Program-made: the position numbers and the translations under genes | Assembly: GCA_964270895.1 (NCBI GenBank) | Contig: OZ185445.1 | Origin: Podarcis filfolensis | Taxonomy: Eukaryota | Direction: 5' to 3' (one strand) | Length of the DNA stretch: 64,000 bases | The notes under the pieces: model-generated | Told to the model about the DNA's origin: nothing | Database searches by the model: none | Seen by the model: the letters and a program-made list of their open reading frames with translations, nothing else | In this document: positions 62,178 to 64,000 of the stretch, in pieces | Layout: each line of letters opens with the position of its first letter | Numbering within the stretch: the first letter of the stretch is position 1

Positions 62178-64000
62178 TATACAAATAGCACCCAAAATTA
62201 AAGAAGAGATGGACAAAATGTGGGATTTTACAACTATCGCCAACTTGACAAATTTCTTCAGATATTGAGAAAAAAGACAGAAAGTTTTGGGATGAAGTGA
62301 TTTATTGACAGTTTATTACCAATTCTTATCATTATTTAAATTTAATATGAGCTATAGGTTCACAAAGTCACAGAATTTGGCTGATCTCCTTGGCCAGTCA
62401 CTTGCTGCACAAGCTTCTCATATTTTTGTGCTTAACTCGCATGTGACCCCGCTTTTCCTGTTCCCCATGAGTTCTTTCCCAATATATCCATGTTTTCTAG
62501 GATCTGCCTTGCCTTGACGTAAGGGGAAACATCTTTCCTGACTGCGGGCTAGTTCTGTCTGTAAACAAGATAGTTCTATCTGTAAACAAGATACCACAAT
62601 CAGGTCAAAAAGGACACATCTTGCCTAGAGAAGTCTTTGCTGGACTTACACCAGACCAAAGGTTTATCTGGTTTCTGTGGCCAAGCTACAAAGTCGGGCA
62701 GAAAAGATGCTCCACCTCACTGTTTGTCCCCCGCATTGGCCTCATTCCCTCTCTTTCTGATGTTCTGTTTGGGACTGCCATTGCTTATTTTGCAAAACGG
62801 CACAAGCCATGCACAAAGTAGCCTTAGGAGAATCCCCCTGTTTGCAGGAGTACAGAAAAAATATTTGTGGGAGCAGCTCAGGTGGGGCTAAGCATGCTCG
62901 GTGGCCACAAGATGAAGACTGATTGTTGGAGCAGGGCAGATGGAAAAGCAGAGGGGAGGGGAATGAAATAGAGCGACTGGGACTCTGAACAAGGAACACT
63001 CCACGATGCAACATTTTGTTGTAGCACCGACTAGTTCAATTCTAAACTGTCCCTGAATATGGAGGCTGAATTTGCCTCTAATGTGAGACCTACGGAATTA
63101 CAGCAATTGCAACTAGACTTATTCTACAGAGATCTACCTAATCCTTCCCCCACCCCCACCTGTAAAATTTACCCAAACTTGTGGCAAAGAATTGAATAAA
63201 TCAATTACTCAGTGTGCAAATCAATAGACTACTTTCACGAATATGTCCCTAAAATATTAATAATAATAATTAACATTGTATACCGCCCTATACCAGTAGG
63301 TCTCAGGGTGGTTCACAACACAAAGTTACAGTGTAAAAAGGCACAAAACACATAATAAAAAATAATCAGAGCACAAAATAAATAATAAAAATAATCAAAA
63401 CGTAAAGACAGTAAATGTGGCTTTTTACTCAGTGAGCTAAAACCAGACATCCCTGCAAAATGCAGGCTGGTTGATGAACTAGATCAGAAGGACCAAGAGC
63501 CCAGAGGTTTGGGACAGGTAGCTCACTGTCCTCCAGGAGGGATCAGAAATGTATCTCCAAGGATGGTCAGGTTCTTTCTGAGTTTATACCATTCAGCACA
63601 GGGGTAGTGAATGCAATGCACTTCCAGGTGTTGTTGGACTCCAACTCCCATCAGCCCCAGCCAGCAAGGCCAATGGCCAGGGAAGATAGAAGCTGCAGTC
63701 TAACAACGCTTGCAGGGAACCACCTTGACTACCTCTGATCTATGCTCACTGAGCCAAAGACTGTAGCATTCAAGCGCTGATGGTCTCTAACAACCTGAAA
63801 ACTTTCATTTAAACTTGCGAGTGAAAACTGTGAGCAACTACTACACCTTGGTTAAAATTGGGTAGGGCCACCAGGGGCCAGTTAAAACTGCTCTTGGGGC
63901 TAGATCTGGCCACCAGTTGCTCCGCCTGACCTAAATATCTGAAGACACCCAAGCAATCTTCATTTTCTAATCTGCAGAAAAAGAAGCTAAATTATTTGCA

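Noticed and set aside
34518-64000. Upstream PDZD2 exon encoding most of PDZ1
   Set aside because: Not found; consistent with a very long intron extending beyond the window.

Overview
Vertebrate genomic DNA from a squamate reptile, most likely a lacertid lizard (inferred from the Sauria-SINE, BovB, L2 and hAT/Tc1 MITE content). The whole window lies inside one large minus-strand gene, PDZD2 (multi-PDZ scaffold). Four internal coding exons can be defined with canonical AG/GT sites and compatible phases: 34517-34067, 23296-23154, 21463-21331 and 18604-18431. They encode the end of PDZ1, a linker, all of PDZ2 and an acidic linker. The upstream and downstream coding exons were not found and presumably lie outside the window. 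The rest is intronic and dense with transposon relics (SINEs, L1/L2/CR1/RTE/BovB/Rex1 LINE fragments, a DIRS gag remnant, a Penelope-like terminal repeat, hAT and Tc1/pogo MITEs, LTRs), microsatellites and one 180-N gap. Almost all ORFs in the supplied track are spurious. The most unusual object is a young 810-bp solo LTR (46638-47447, 5-bp TSD) whose U3 is almost entirely one open frame encoding a 214-aa acidic/disordered protein with a basic C-terminus. A second, dissimilar LTR-like fragment (37908-38190) has an acidic ORF in the same phase relative to its TGTCA start. Also notable: two candidate alternative first exons of PDZD2 that splice in-frame to the 34517 exon, a degenerate inverted pair of hammerhead-like motifs, and a TIR-to-TIR fusion of two MITE families. 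All repeat and family names come from recognising the sequence, not from database searches.
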